A DNA stretch of 64,000 nt from Vairimorpha necatrix (taxonomy: Eukaryota): assembly GCA_036630325.1 (NCBI GenBank), contig CP142737.1, positions 248,001-312,000 of the forward strand, in the 5' to 3' direction. Within the stretch, counting starts at the first letter, position 1, and every line of letters begins with the position of its first letter. The notes under the pieces are model-generated. The model was given only the letters and a program-made list of their open reading frames with translations. It did no database searches and was not told where the DNA came from. The position numbers were made by a program, and so were the translations under genes. Shown piece by piece: positions 1 through 11,087 of the stretch.

Positions 1-1099
1 TATCATTATTTAATTTATTATTCACATTGTCTTTTACTACATGAGTCATATTTATATTATTTTCATCTTTATTTTTTATATTATTATTCACATTGTCTTT
101 TACTACATGAGTCATATTTATATTTTTATAATCATTATTTACTCTGTTATTTAAATGGGCTTCTTTGAGACTCTCTTCAGTTATAAAAGGATTATTAATT
201 AATAAATTATTACAAATTGACACTGCTTTCTTTCTTACTAATACTGTCTTATCTAATATCCTCTCTCCTATACTCTTAATTATCTCATTTCTCTTCTCTA
301 ATGGTATACTATTATTCTCAAATAATTGTCCCAACAAGGTCAGGGCTCTATATCTCACATTAAAATAAATATCATTTAATCTCTCTTTTAAAATATTCAA
401 AATATTATTAATTTCTTCTAAATCTTCTTTATAACATTCTACTACATTATAAATTATCTCTAAATAACAATTCCTTAAATAATAATATTCTGAATCTAAA
501 AATATATCAAAATATTTATAATTTAGAAATTTGATTTTTTGACTTTGACTCAAATTTACTAAAACTTGTCCCGTATTTTTCAATATTTGCGAATTTGTTT
601 GTTTCACTGATGATCTAATAAATACGTCACTAATTTCTGGTATAAACATCAATATAGCATAAACTATTTCTGATGAACTTTCGTTCATCATAAAATTATA
701 CAAATAATTAGTAATATTAATATGTTCAGAACATATTCTAATATTTTCAAGTATTAATAATTTTATCTCGTTGTTCTTTTTTTTATCTTTTGATAAATCT
801 AAAATTAAAAAAATGATTTTTGTAATCCATTCGATTTCTTTTGAATTTTTTAGATTTTTGAAATATTCTAAAATTTCGAGAATTAAAAGATCTTCGTAAT
901 TATTTTTTAGTTTTGTGGTTAATTGGAAAATTAAAGGGAATGATAAGGAATAATCAGAAGAGTTTTCTTTTATAAGTTTGAAGATTTTGGATTTGTTTTT
1001 GTAGTCGTCTGAGATGTTTATTAAAGAAGAGTATTTTTCGTAATTTTCCTCTACTTTTTGTTTATGCAGGTTTTGAATAATTTTTTCTATTTCTAACAT
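1..1099 (-). CDS. YCS4: Condensin complex subunit 1 (Cnd1/Ycs4/CAP-D2), 5' part; runs off the window start
   Basis: Not in the ORF track because there is no stop in the window. My translation from the ATG at 1099 (preceded by GCCC) is open to base 1 and reads LDSEYYYLRNCYLEII...KERLNDIYFNVRYRAL...ERILDKTVLVRKKAVSICNNLLINNPF, matching the HEAT-repeat motifs of Cnd1/CAP-D2. Confidence 0.75.
   Translation of the reverse strand, partial: MLEIEKIIQNLHKQKVEENYEKYSSLINISDDYKNKSKIFKLIKENSSDYSLSFPLIFQLTTKLKNNYEDLLILEILEYFKNLKNSKEIEWITKIIFLILDLSKDKKKNNEIKLLILENIRICSEHINITNYLYNFMMNESSSEIVYAILMFIPEISDVFIRSSVKQTNSQILKNTGQVLVNLSQSQKIKFLNYKYFDIFLDSEYYYLRNCYLEIIYNVVECYKEDLEEINNILNILKERLNDIYFNVRYRALTLLGQLFENNSIPLEKRNEIIKSIGERILDKTVLVRKKAVSICNNLLINNPFITEESLKEAHLNNRVNNDYKNINMTHVVKDNVNNNIKNKDENNINMTHVVKDNVNNKLNND
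15..124. repeat. 44-bp direct repeat with a 66-bp period inside the Cnd1 CDS
   Basis: TTATTATTCACATTGTCTTTTACTACATGAGTCATATTTATATT at 15-58 and 81-124; encodes NINMTHVVKDNVNN twice. Confidence 0.9.
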
Positions 1100-1372
1100 A
1101 AAAAATGAGGGCATCAAAAAAGACATTTTAAAATATTATGAATAAATGTGATTTATTTATAAATTTGTAAAATCAATTTGTTTTTGCATTTACAATTTGT
1201 TTGTTTATGCAGTTATTAATTTGTTTGTTTATGCATTTACAATTTGTTTATTCTTTAGCATAAATAAAAAATACTAGTTTATTTTTTAGCATAAATAAAT
1301 ACTAGTTTATTTTTTAGTAATAAAAATGTACTGGTTTATTTATTAATACAGTACTAATAAATTTTTGATTCT

Positions 1373-1948
1373 TTATTTGTTCTTATTTATGTAACATGTA
1401 AATCCTTTATCTCGTCTCTTTATCATTATAGGTGGATCAGTCTTCCCTAGACAGTTCAATATTTCTATACATTTGTATCTCGGCACTCCGCTTTTTTTGA
1501 TTATTTCTTCCCATAAGATCCCGTCCTTGTGGCTCTCTAAAATCTCGAGTATTTTGATCAAGTGGCCTTTACTTGATTTTTTAATATTTGAATCTGCCAG
1601 GGCTCTGCTCAATAAATCATTTTTAGTATCAAATAATAAACTTGTGTCTAGCAGAGAATGAGACATGTCTGGTGGTATAATTTCTTCTATTTTGATTCTT
1701 TCTTCTTGTAAATGTTTCTTATTTATTTTACTGGTTTCTTCTTTTTTTAATATTTTGCTGACTCTTTCCAAATCTGGTGTGAGTCTTTTATAAGAGACTT
1801 TTTCTTCTTTAGTTTCTTTTTCTATAGAATATGTGTCTATTGAGACTAATAAAGATTCTAATTTATAATTAAATATTTTTAATTGTTCATTTTGTGTTTC
1901 TATTTTTTTTATTTTTGCCCTAATGTCTTTTAAGAAATTTTCAAGCAT
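1373..1948 (-). CDS. Hypothetical protein, N-terminal coiled coil and possible C-terminal winged helix
   Basis: 191-aa ORF with CCC motif upstream (GCCCTCTTTTTATG). C-terminus LIKILEILESHKDGILWEEIIKKSGVPRYKCIEILNCL looks HTH-like. Confidence 0.7.
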   Translation of the reverse strand: MLENFLKDIRAKIKKIETQNEQLKIFNYKLESLLVSIDTYSIEKETKEEKVSYKRLTPDLERVSKILKKEETSKINKKHLQEERIKIEEIIPPDMSHSLLDTSLLFDTKNDLLSRALADSNIKKSSKGHLIKILEILESHKDGILWEEIIKKSGVPRYKCIEILNCLGKTDPPIMIKRRDKGFTCYINKNK

Positions 1949-2101
1949 AAAAAGAGGGCATAAATAATATCTAAATATAATTAAAATGTCTATATTAATA
2001 TTATAATATTTAGATATAATTAAAATGTTTTTATTATAATATTTAGATATTATTAAAATGTCTATATAATATTGTATTAGCTTTATTATTAAGTTTTGTT
2101 T

Positions 2102-2620
2102 TTATCTTTTTTGCTTTGTTTCATTAATCTTCTCAAGTCTTGTTTGTACTGGTTTGTAAGTTAACCCGAAGAAATGTTCAATATTCTTAAACTCAATCGT
2201 ATTCTTAAAATTCTCACTAAACTCTTTCCACACATCTTGTCCTTTCCATTGGACTCCATCCTCTGCTGTAATAAAATACTCTGTCTTCTTTATCTCACAG
2301 AGATAGGTCATCTTTGTACTGTCTTTATATGACTGGTAGACCCTTCTGGCCTTGTAAACTAAGCCACTGTCTTCTTCATTTTTATTATTTCGAGATATTT
2401 CTAATATCTCGAAATATGTGTCAGGGCCCTTACTCAAGGAGAAAGAGAACTCTTTAAGAGGCAACTTGTCTTCTTGTTGTAAAATGGTTTTTAGTACTTG
2501 CTGCTCTTTAATCTTCTCATTTATTTGTTTTTCTAGTGCAATTTTCTTACTATATAATTTTACTCTAGTGGTGAAGACTCTAGAAAAAGCAGTGTAAATT
2601 GATTCCTTTGGTAAGCCCAT
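2102..2620 (-). CDS. FYRN/FYRC-domain protein (TBRG1-like)
   Basis: YKARRVYQSYKD..MTYLCEI..YFITAED..W..FFGLTYKPVQTRLE matches the FYR-N/FYR-C pattern. Start moved to the ATG at 2620, which follows ACCCTTTT. Confidence 0.65.
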   Translation of the reverse strand: MGLPKESIYTAFSRVFTTRVKLYSKKIALEKQINEKIKEQQVLKTILQQEDKLPLKEFSFSLSKGPDTYFEILEISRNNKNEEDSGLVYKARRVYQSYKDSTKMTYLCEIKKTEYFITAEDGVQWKGQDVWKEFSENFKNTIEFKNIEHFFGLTYKPVQTRLEKINETKQKR

Positions 2621-2667
2621 AAAAGGGTCAAGAAAGAACAAAACTTCATAATATAATTATATAATTA

Positions 2668-3192
2668 CTAGCGTATGCTTTCCCGTTTTGAAAACGGGAT
2701 CGAAATGTTTAGTTTTTTAATATGTATTTCCTCTTTTAATTTTGTTAAGTTTCCATTTTAGGATGATTGAATTTGACAGGATGAAGACGTCTTTTTTCAA
2801 AAATACTTTTTAGTGGCATAGAATGATTAAGTTGAGTTTAAAACACTTATAAGTTTCATTGAAATAATTTTGAAAACTCCTAAAGCTCAATTTTTAACAC
2901 TTTTATTCAAAATTATAGTTGGTCAAATGTTTTTACAATTTTTCGTGGAAGGGTCAAATAAATTCTAAAAAACGATTCTGACGATATTTTGGAACCGAGT
3001 TTAACAAAAATAATAATTAAAATTAAAAAGTATTAACTAATAACATACACACTTAGAATAGTCAAATTATCGCCATAAATCTATATTTGATATTTAAATA
3101 ACATAGAAAGCCTAATATATATAGTTTAAAAATTTCAAATTGACAAAAAAAGAGGGGTAAAAAATTAAATAAAAATTCTTTTATATATATGA
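2668..3192 (-). mobile_element. Non-autonomous Helitron, copy 1 (525 bp)
   Basis: On the minus strand it begins TC and ends CTAG followed by T. Subterminal hairpin TCCCGTTTT-G-AAAACGGGA at 2681-2699, 9 nt from the CTAG. No TSD. Confidence 0.85.
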
Positions 3193-3713
3193 CTAGCGTA
3201 TGCTTTCCCGTTTTGAAAACGGGATCTAAATGTTTAGTTTTTTAATATGTCTTTCATTCTTAAATTTTGTAAAGTTTCCATTTTGGGATGATTGAATTTG
3301 ACAGAGTTTAGACATAATATTTAAAAATACTTTTTAGTGACATATAGAGAGTAAAATGAAGTTAAAAACACAGAAGAATCTTTATGGGATAATTTTAGAA
3401 CTCTTAAAGCTCAGTTTTTGATACTTACATTCAATTTCTTCTTCTGTTAATTGTTTTTAGGATTTTTCGTAGAAGGGTTAAATAAATTCTAAAAAACGAT
3501 TCTGACGATATTTTGGAACTGAGTTTTACAAAACAAAGAATTAAAATCAAAATGTATTAACATACAGTACACGCACTTACAATTATCAAATCAAAACATT
3601 AAATCTATATATGATATTGTAAAAACTTCTAAGGCCAAAATAAATAGTTTAGAAATTTCAAAGTCACAAAAAAGAGGGGTAAAAAATTAAATAAAATTCT
3701 TTTATATATATGA
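3193..3713 (-). mobile_element. Non-autonomous Helitron, copy 2 (521 bp), head-to-tail with copy 1
   Basis: Colinear, diverged copy with the same termini and hairpin. Preceded by A on the minus strand, so the pair sits in an A|T target. Confidence 0.85.
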
Positions 3714-4615
3714 TAAATAATAATATAATTATTACTAATAAATTAATAATATAATTATTATATTATTATTGTTATTATATATTATTATATATTATTCTTA
3801 TAATATTTAGAGAGGATCACACCAGCAGGGACACGGCGAAGGGATCTGAATCAAGAACATAGATAGAAGGTGGTGTGACAAGATAGAGTGCGCGGCAGTA
3901 GAAGTAAATTGAAGAAAATAAGCATAATATTATTATATTTATATTATGTTGGTAATATCAACTTGATTCATAATTATAATAATGTTTAGAAAATTTCAAA
4001 AGAATAAATTCTTTTGGATCTTTAAGGCATAATTTTCTGACCCTCAAATTTAAGTGGTCGATTTTAGTTCTATTTGGGGCAGAAATCTCAAGCTTCTTCC
4101 TCTCAGTATGAAATATTGATTCTGATCAAGAATGCATTATAAGTCATAATTTTAAGGGTAGGTCATTTTATTTTATTTTCATGATTTCATCTCGTACATG
4201 TCCATTTAGAAAATTCATATTTCTAATCTTATAGATCTCTGATCAAATTTATTATTTCTTTATGCTAAATAAATTTTAGATTATTTAAATACTATTTTGC
4301 ATAAACAAAATTGAAAGTGTAAAAAAAACATGCTTTAAAAGACTGATCAATAAAAAGCGCATTTTTTTAATATTATTTGATATATTAAATCTATATACAT
4401 ACTAAAACAGTATAGCCTTGTAAAAATGCGAATTCTAATTTAAAAAACAAGTCTTAGTTATAAATGCACAGTTTTATATATAAAAGGCTTATTTGCAAAT
4501 ATAAGTGCCACAGTTTTGTGCTAAGTGCCTTTATATTTAAATATAAAGGACTTTCTTCAAGTATATTTGATATATTAAATCTTTATACTTTAGTAAATCT
4601 TAATCTTCTTGTAAC

Positions 4616-4702
4616 TTGATATTTTACAAGTATATTTGATATTTTACAAGTACATTTGATATTTTACAAGTATATTTGATATTTTACAAGTACATTTGAT
4701 AT
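4616..4702. repeat. 20-bp minisatellite, 4 units
   Basis: ATTTTACAAGTA(T/C)ATTTGAT x4 at 4621-4700, alternating T,C,T,C. Confidence 0.9.
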
Positions 4703-5092
4703 ATTAAATCTTTATACATACTAAATTATATCTAGTCTTATAATTTCTTTAAATTTAAATTTTAAATCTTTATAAAAAGTCTTTCTTCTTATTATCTCAT
4801 TGTATATTAAATTATGATCTCTGACATATTTGTTTATCAACATTTTAATAGACACGTTTATTAGTCAGATAAATGGAAACTTAATATTAAAAATTTTTAG
4901 CTTCATTTTATTGTCTCTTAACTTATATTGTCATTTCATCAAATTTATACCATTTTTACTAAAAAATAAATAATATTTTCTACCTATTCAAAATCATATT
5001 TAATTAATTTTTAGCTTTGTTTTCTATTTTATGACGTTATCTGACATAATAAAACACAACAAGTGTATTTAAACTAAAAAAATAGTATCCTT

Positions 5093-5446
5093 ATGTTCAT
5101 ATCCCCGAAAGAATGGCAAGGAATACTAGGCCTACTTAAATTAACAAGATACACAAGATACGACCAAAGATACGGCAGACAGATAAGAAAATCAAGATTA
5201 CAAACTTGTGTATTAAATCTCGTCTTTGATATTACAAAATTCCCAAGTACAAGTACTATAATAGACTTGGCATTATTAATTAATATTCATCCAAAAAGTA
5301 TACAGAAATGGTTCCAAAATACAAGGCAAACAATAAAAAAGAAAGGAAGAGAAGAAGACGATAAGTCAAATGAAACAACTATAGTAGACATATCAGTGCC
5401 GATATTATATAAACTTATAGAAAAAGCTAAAAAATGCGAAAATTAA
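5093..5446 (+). CDS. Homeobox domain protein
   Basis: RKSRLQTCVLNLVFDITKFPS...LALLINIHPKSIQKWFQNTRQ; helix-3 WFQN motif. Confidence 0.9.
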   Translation: MFISPKEWQGILGLLKLTRYTRYDQRYGRQIRKSRLQTCVLNLVFDITKFPSTSTIIDLALLINIHPKSIQKWFQNTRQTIKKKGREEDDKSNETTIVDISVPILYKLIEKAKKCEN

Positions 5447-5573
5447 AAAAAAATGTATTAAACTTCTAAATTTTCAATTTACACGTCAAAATTTTTAATT
5501 TAAAACATGCAATTTTATTAAAAAAACATTTGTGATGATTCAAAATGTTTTTTATATACGAAATAAAATTTAA

Positions 5574-6074
5574 TTATAAAAAAAACGAGATAATCTTCGC
5601 GGTGTAAAATATTAAAATGCAAATTATTATAACCTTAACTAAAACTTTCCATTTAAAAAATCTTCCGTTATATTTCTGTAAATTAAAACTGCCATTCATT
5701 ACAAAAGACTCGGAAGTCTCGTAATTACTTAAAAGAAAGTCAACTTGCTCTGATTTCTCTTCTACTAAAATTTTAATATATTCATTAAGAAGAAACACAT
5801 GCTCAGTATCTTCAGCAATATTAAGAAGCTTATTTTTCCTATGAAGAGATTCAATATGTGCAACAGCCGATAAATTAAAACACTTCCTTCTTTCTTCTAT
5901 GTAATCACTTAAAACTTCTTGTTGAATATCGCAAGTATCAACTAATTTGTCATTAGACTTAACAAGATATTTAATTTCATCTAACAAGTTATTATCATTT
6001 AGTTTATTCTTTTTTAATTTGTAAATTTGTAAAATATTTTTAATACTGTCTAAATTGTGTGTAAACTCGTTCAT
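5574..6074 (-). CDS. Tail-anchored syntaxin/t-SNARE-like protein
   Basis: First ATG at 6074. LVEEKSEQVDFLLSNYETSESFVMNGSFNLQK resembles the Qa-SNARE motif and is followed by a basic stretch and a C-terminal transmembrane helix (VLVKVIIICILIFYTAKIISFFL). Confidence 0.5.
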   Translation of the reverse strand: MNEFTHNLDSIKNILQIYKLKKNKLNDNNLLDEIKYLVKSNDKLVDTCDIQQEVLSDYIEERRKCFNLSAVAHIESLHRKNKLLNIAEDTEHVFLLNEYIKILVEEKSEQVDFLLSNYETSESFVMNGSFNLQKYNGRFFKWKVLVKVIIICILIFYTAKIISFFL

Positions 6075-9000
6075 AATAAACAAATAAATAATTCTTAACA
6101 AATATTTACATGTTTCAGAAAAAAAAACAAGTTTGACATTTTTTAGAATTTTTATATTAAAAATTAATAAAAATAAATTAAAAATTAATTTTTTTGAATC
6201 TTGTAAAAAAAACAAAAAAGTTTTAAATGGACTGAAAATGAGGATTAAATAACTTTTAAAAGGTTACGAGTCGAAAATTTAACAAGTCAAAATTTGTTTG
6301 TTTATTATAACGTCATGACGTGTCATTTTAACAACAAATCAAAAGTCAATAAACATTCTTAAATTTAAACAAACAAGGACACTTAATCAATTTCGAATTT
6401 GTATTATAAGAACTAAAATTATAAAAAAAATAGTACCTGGCGTGAAATTTTTTAATAAGTTTCTATAAAAGTACTTTAAAGTTTTATTTAAATTGATAAA
6501 ATTAGATTTTGTATATTTGTAAGATTGTCAAGTGTGAAAAGACAAAAAAATCACTTTTAAATTTATTTAATTATTTACCTGTAAAAATATTGTATTTGAA
6601 TATATTATTGACAAATAAATAGTTTTTTATAATAAAAAATTGCTGTTTAAGATAGTTTATATCGTTATAAATTTATTGATCATTTTTTATATTGGTGATT
6701 ATATTAAAATTTTATTGTATGAAGTCATCAATATAATATTATACTGAATAAGAAATTGTTGATTTTAATATATTTTAGAGCATTCTGTCGCTAAGAACAT
6801 GCTTTTGGTCTTTTTATTTGTCATTAATTTTAATATATATTTCAAAAAAAAATCAAAAAATGTCAAAAGTTTAATTTACAGTTACAGTTAAATATATTGA
6901 TAGATCACAACAGGTCATATATTGATTTTTGTCATGATCAAAAATAGAAATATCGCGCGATATAGAACAATTACACAGTTTTCCCATATAACGCTTAACG
7001 TACTATTAATATCCACCTGACAAAATAATTATGACTACCTGTAACACATAACTTCCCCTAGGAAAAATAAAAGAGAGAGATTTAAATAAATTATTACTGA
7101 AAATATAGGCGAAACGACAAATCATGTTTTTAAGACATAACATTACTTACTCAAATGGTGGGGAAAATGGGAGGTTTTCGTCTATTTTTATTCAAATAGT
7201 CTTCAAATAGGCTCTACAAATACTTCCTCAGTGCATTTATATTGCGACTGTTGAAGAACTTCTGTTTATTGGAACTCAAAGCTATATTTAAGTCAAAAAA
7301 CAGAATTCTATGATAAACTATTGAGAATTGGTTGTCCCAAATAAAAAATTCTCATCGCGATCTCACCCACTTCCGATATTCAAACTATATGAGAAAAATT
7401 AAACGATTTTTTCTATGAAACTTTATAAGAAGACTTTTTTATATGTTTTTTGATCTTCACAGAGCATTTAATTCATATTTAGGCAATATTAGTTATTTTT
7501 CCTAATATGGATTTAACGGTAAAAAGAACCTGAAATAAAAAAACCCTGAAAAATTTATAGATAAAAATAATTTATGAAAGGGACAACATTTATGTAATAA
7601 CACGATAAAAGGTCATCTAATAAGTTATAATGTTTTTTAAGTATAATAAATAGAGCTCAAAAATTGAAATATAAATTAAAAAGACTATGAAACAAATTAA
7701 TGTAGTTTTATTATGATAAATTCCAAGAAAAATACATATAGTAATTTTAAAAAAAACTTTCTCTCTATTTTTTATTTTCTAATAGTAAAATTTCTAATTA
7801 AATAAATTAATTAATTTAAACAACTTAATATTGTTTTGGTGATATTTAGAACATCTACAGCCAAAGTAAATAAAAAATTCTTTAGTTTTAGTACAAATGT
7901 GTCACATAATAGAGCGATTACACAGGTAAATAGTCTTTAAAATACTTTTTAACTGATGATTTTATCATGACCTTAAGAAATACATCTAGAAGCATATGTT
8001 TATAAACACGTGTACAATAACATAATTAAGACGTACATTGAACTTGGTTTTAAAAAAAAACCGTATGATCATCTAAAACTAAAAAAATATTCAAAAAATG
8101 TCATTATTTTTTACTAATGACAATGACTTAATGTCATAAAATCTATAAATATTCAAGTTAACTTTGATCAAATATAAGTAAATCATTATTTGTCTCATTA
8201 AAATGTTGGTAAAATAATAATATGCGTTTCGTTTTTTACAAACAAATGTCGAAAATATAAATCCAACCTTATGATTCTATTTTTGTGCCAATGAGTCATA
8301 TTTTAAATTTTGTAAGCATAATGAATCATAATAGTATGAGAAATATAGATTATTCATAAGTCTAAGACATGCTCATAGAGTATGTACTATAAAGATAAAA
8401 ATAAATTATTTTAGTAATAAGATCAAAAAAAAGTTCTAAAAACTTGTATTTTTTTTAATTACAATAATTAATGTTTTAATTCCCTTATGCTAAAATTAGA
8501 TGCAGTGCAACCAGTGCCAATATTATACTTTTGATAATTTTTTTTGTATTAATTAGTGACAACAAATGTATCTAAAGGTATGGAAATACTGTTGGAGGAC
8601 TCGTGGCCCTAATATCAAATAAAAAGCAAAATTTTCGCCTAATGTCTTTTTATAAGCATGAAAAATTAGAAATAGTATCAATACGCGAGTAAACACTTTA
8701 GATATAGTTTTATGAGCATGTAAGAGTTTAGTCGACATAAAATATGCAGCTAATTTTACATGATCCATAGGAATTCTATTAGGCACTTATTTTGCTATTT
8801 TAATTTGAAAAATCTTAAAACGTCCCGCTTTAAAATTAAATATTGATGAAAAAAAAACTTTAGAGTATTACAAACTAGAATTAAATGCATTGAAAGTGCG
8901 TACAGCATATCTGTAAAATTCTGTTGCGTAAGGATAGTTTTTAGAAGGAAATATACCAACTTGGCACTTAAAGCCGGTGTAATCAATTTTGAAACATAGA

Positions 9001-10461
9001 TAACATTATAAAATTTATAAATCTAGCTTTGATCTCTTCGCTTCAATAAAATATCACTAGAACAATTTTTTTTTGTATGGATCATAATAGACTAATTATA
9101 AAGCTATCAAAAACCATAATCCATGGTAAAATTGCAATCATGTGGGAAAGTCCAATGTATTGAAAGGTCAAGGAAAAATTTGTTTAGTAAGAATTCTATA
9201 AGACATTAAGCCGATGTCTTGCTCATTAAAAAAAAACATATTTTACATTAGATATCCAAAATTTTTTTGAAATATAATACGCTTTAATAAAATATAAATC
9301 GACAAACTTAAAAAATAATAACAAAGAAGATTTAATACTACATTGATGAAGTTCTATAACGATTTATTAATTTTATACAACATTTGCACGAAGTATATAG
9401 TATTTAGCAAAACTTTATTTGATACTTCGAATAAAAGAATCTCTGCTCTTATAAATACTCATATTCAATTAATAAGATTGATATTAAGAAGGCGCATTAA
9501 ACGTATTATTAAAATTAAAAAAATTAATTTTTTTTTGACAACGATATTTAGTTTAAAAAATTTTACACTAATAAAAAAGAACAATGAATTATAAATACTT
9601 TGTTATGTACAACATTAAAATCATTGAAAAAATTACATTAAAAAATTTGTTACCTCGAATTAAAATTAAATGAAATTTTTTTTACCAATTCAATATACAA
9701 GTTTAGCAGAAAAACGGTCATAAAATTTTAATCAAGATAAGAACATAGATTTGGTTAAAAAGTTTTTGCCTTATTTGTGCATCTACCACATATAAAATTA
9801 CAGAACTATAGATAATTTTTGATTATACGCGTTATTAAACATCTTTTTTTTAATATAGACAAATTTTAAACATTTAAAATTAAATCAATCAACGCTTTTG
9901 TTTTATACGCAGCAATAAACACAAATTGTAAGCTAAAAAAATTAAATCACATTTTAATATGTGTTTTGCTAATTTTTTCATTTTAAAAGAATAGAATAAA
10001 AAATACAACAAATTTATTAAGCCAGATTCTATCATACAGTATCTTTAATGACCAAAAAAATTAAGATAAATACGCTCTTACAAGTTTAATCGTGTTTAAA
10101 AGATGCCAATTAATATTGAAATCATAGATCATGTATTAAACATTTTTTTTCTTTATATTTGACACGCCACTGCTTCAAAAATCGAAAATCTTTTGGTAAT
10201 TTAATAAAAATACAAGAATAAAAATTTTATACACATACTATTTTTATATCATGTTTTAATATGTAAATTATGATACATGTTTAATCCCATTCTTATTAGT
10301 GTTTTTTATGTATATTATAAAGTCGGATGATTATTGTTTACTGTCATTATTTGTATGCTTACGCTACTTGTCTTTGTATTCAGCATACACATTACATGTT
10401 TACAATATACATATATTTAATTTTTATAATTAATAAGATGTTTCACTAACATTTATCGCCC

Positions 10462-10797
10462 ATGCTCCAAGAGATCAGAAAACAGAGACTTTTAAAAATT
10501 AATGAACTTTTAAAAAATTTTAAAGATTTGCCGCCACCACTTAAAACTGATAAATACAAAACTTATCTCATCACCACTAGAAGTTTACTATCTCCCGTAA
10601 TTAAAGAGATCTCAATTCCTCATAATAAGATAGGTAAAGTCATAGGCCAAAAAGGATGTATTTTAAAACAAATAGAAAAGGATTACCAGTGTAAATTGAC
10701 TATTAAAGATGATAAGTGTACGATAGAAGGAGATAAAGCAGAAGAAGTAGTAAAATATATACAAGAGATTATAAGTGTAAAAAAAAAAGATTTTTAA
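10462..10797 (+). CDS. Small KH-domain RNA-binding protein
   Basis: ISIPHNKIGKVIGQKGCILKQIEKDYQCKLTI contains the GxxG loop; CGCCC lies directly before the ATG. Confidence 0.85.
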   Translation: MLQEIRKQRLLKINELLKNFKDLPPPLKTDKYKTYLITTRSLLSPVIKEISIPHNKIGKVIGQKGCILKQIEKDYQCKLTIKDDKCTIEGDKAEEVVKYIQEIISVKKKDF

Positions 10798-11087
10798 TGA
10801 GAAAGAAATGACAGACTGGGAAAAGTTTTATGTTTGGTGGGTTTACCACAATAAAAAGCACCATAGAGAAATTTAATGAATGTAAACAAATTTCAATCTA
10901 AGTCAAAAAAACTGCAATATTTTCGTATACAAAAACTTTAATGTTGTCGTATAAAAAAACTTCAAATTTGTCGTATAAGAAAAAACAAAAGACTGTTATA
11001 TATAAAAACTACAATATTTTTGTCGAAAAAAAAGAGATAAATATTTTTATAACATTTTGAATATATTATTAAATACTAAATTCCTTT

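Noticed and set aside
4616-4702. CRISPR-like array
   Set aside because: Contiguous repeats with no spacers, no cas genes, and a eukaryotic context.
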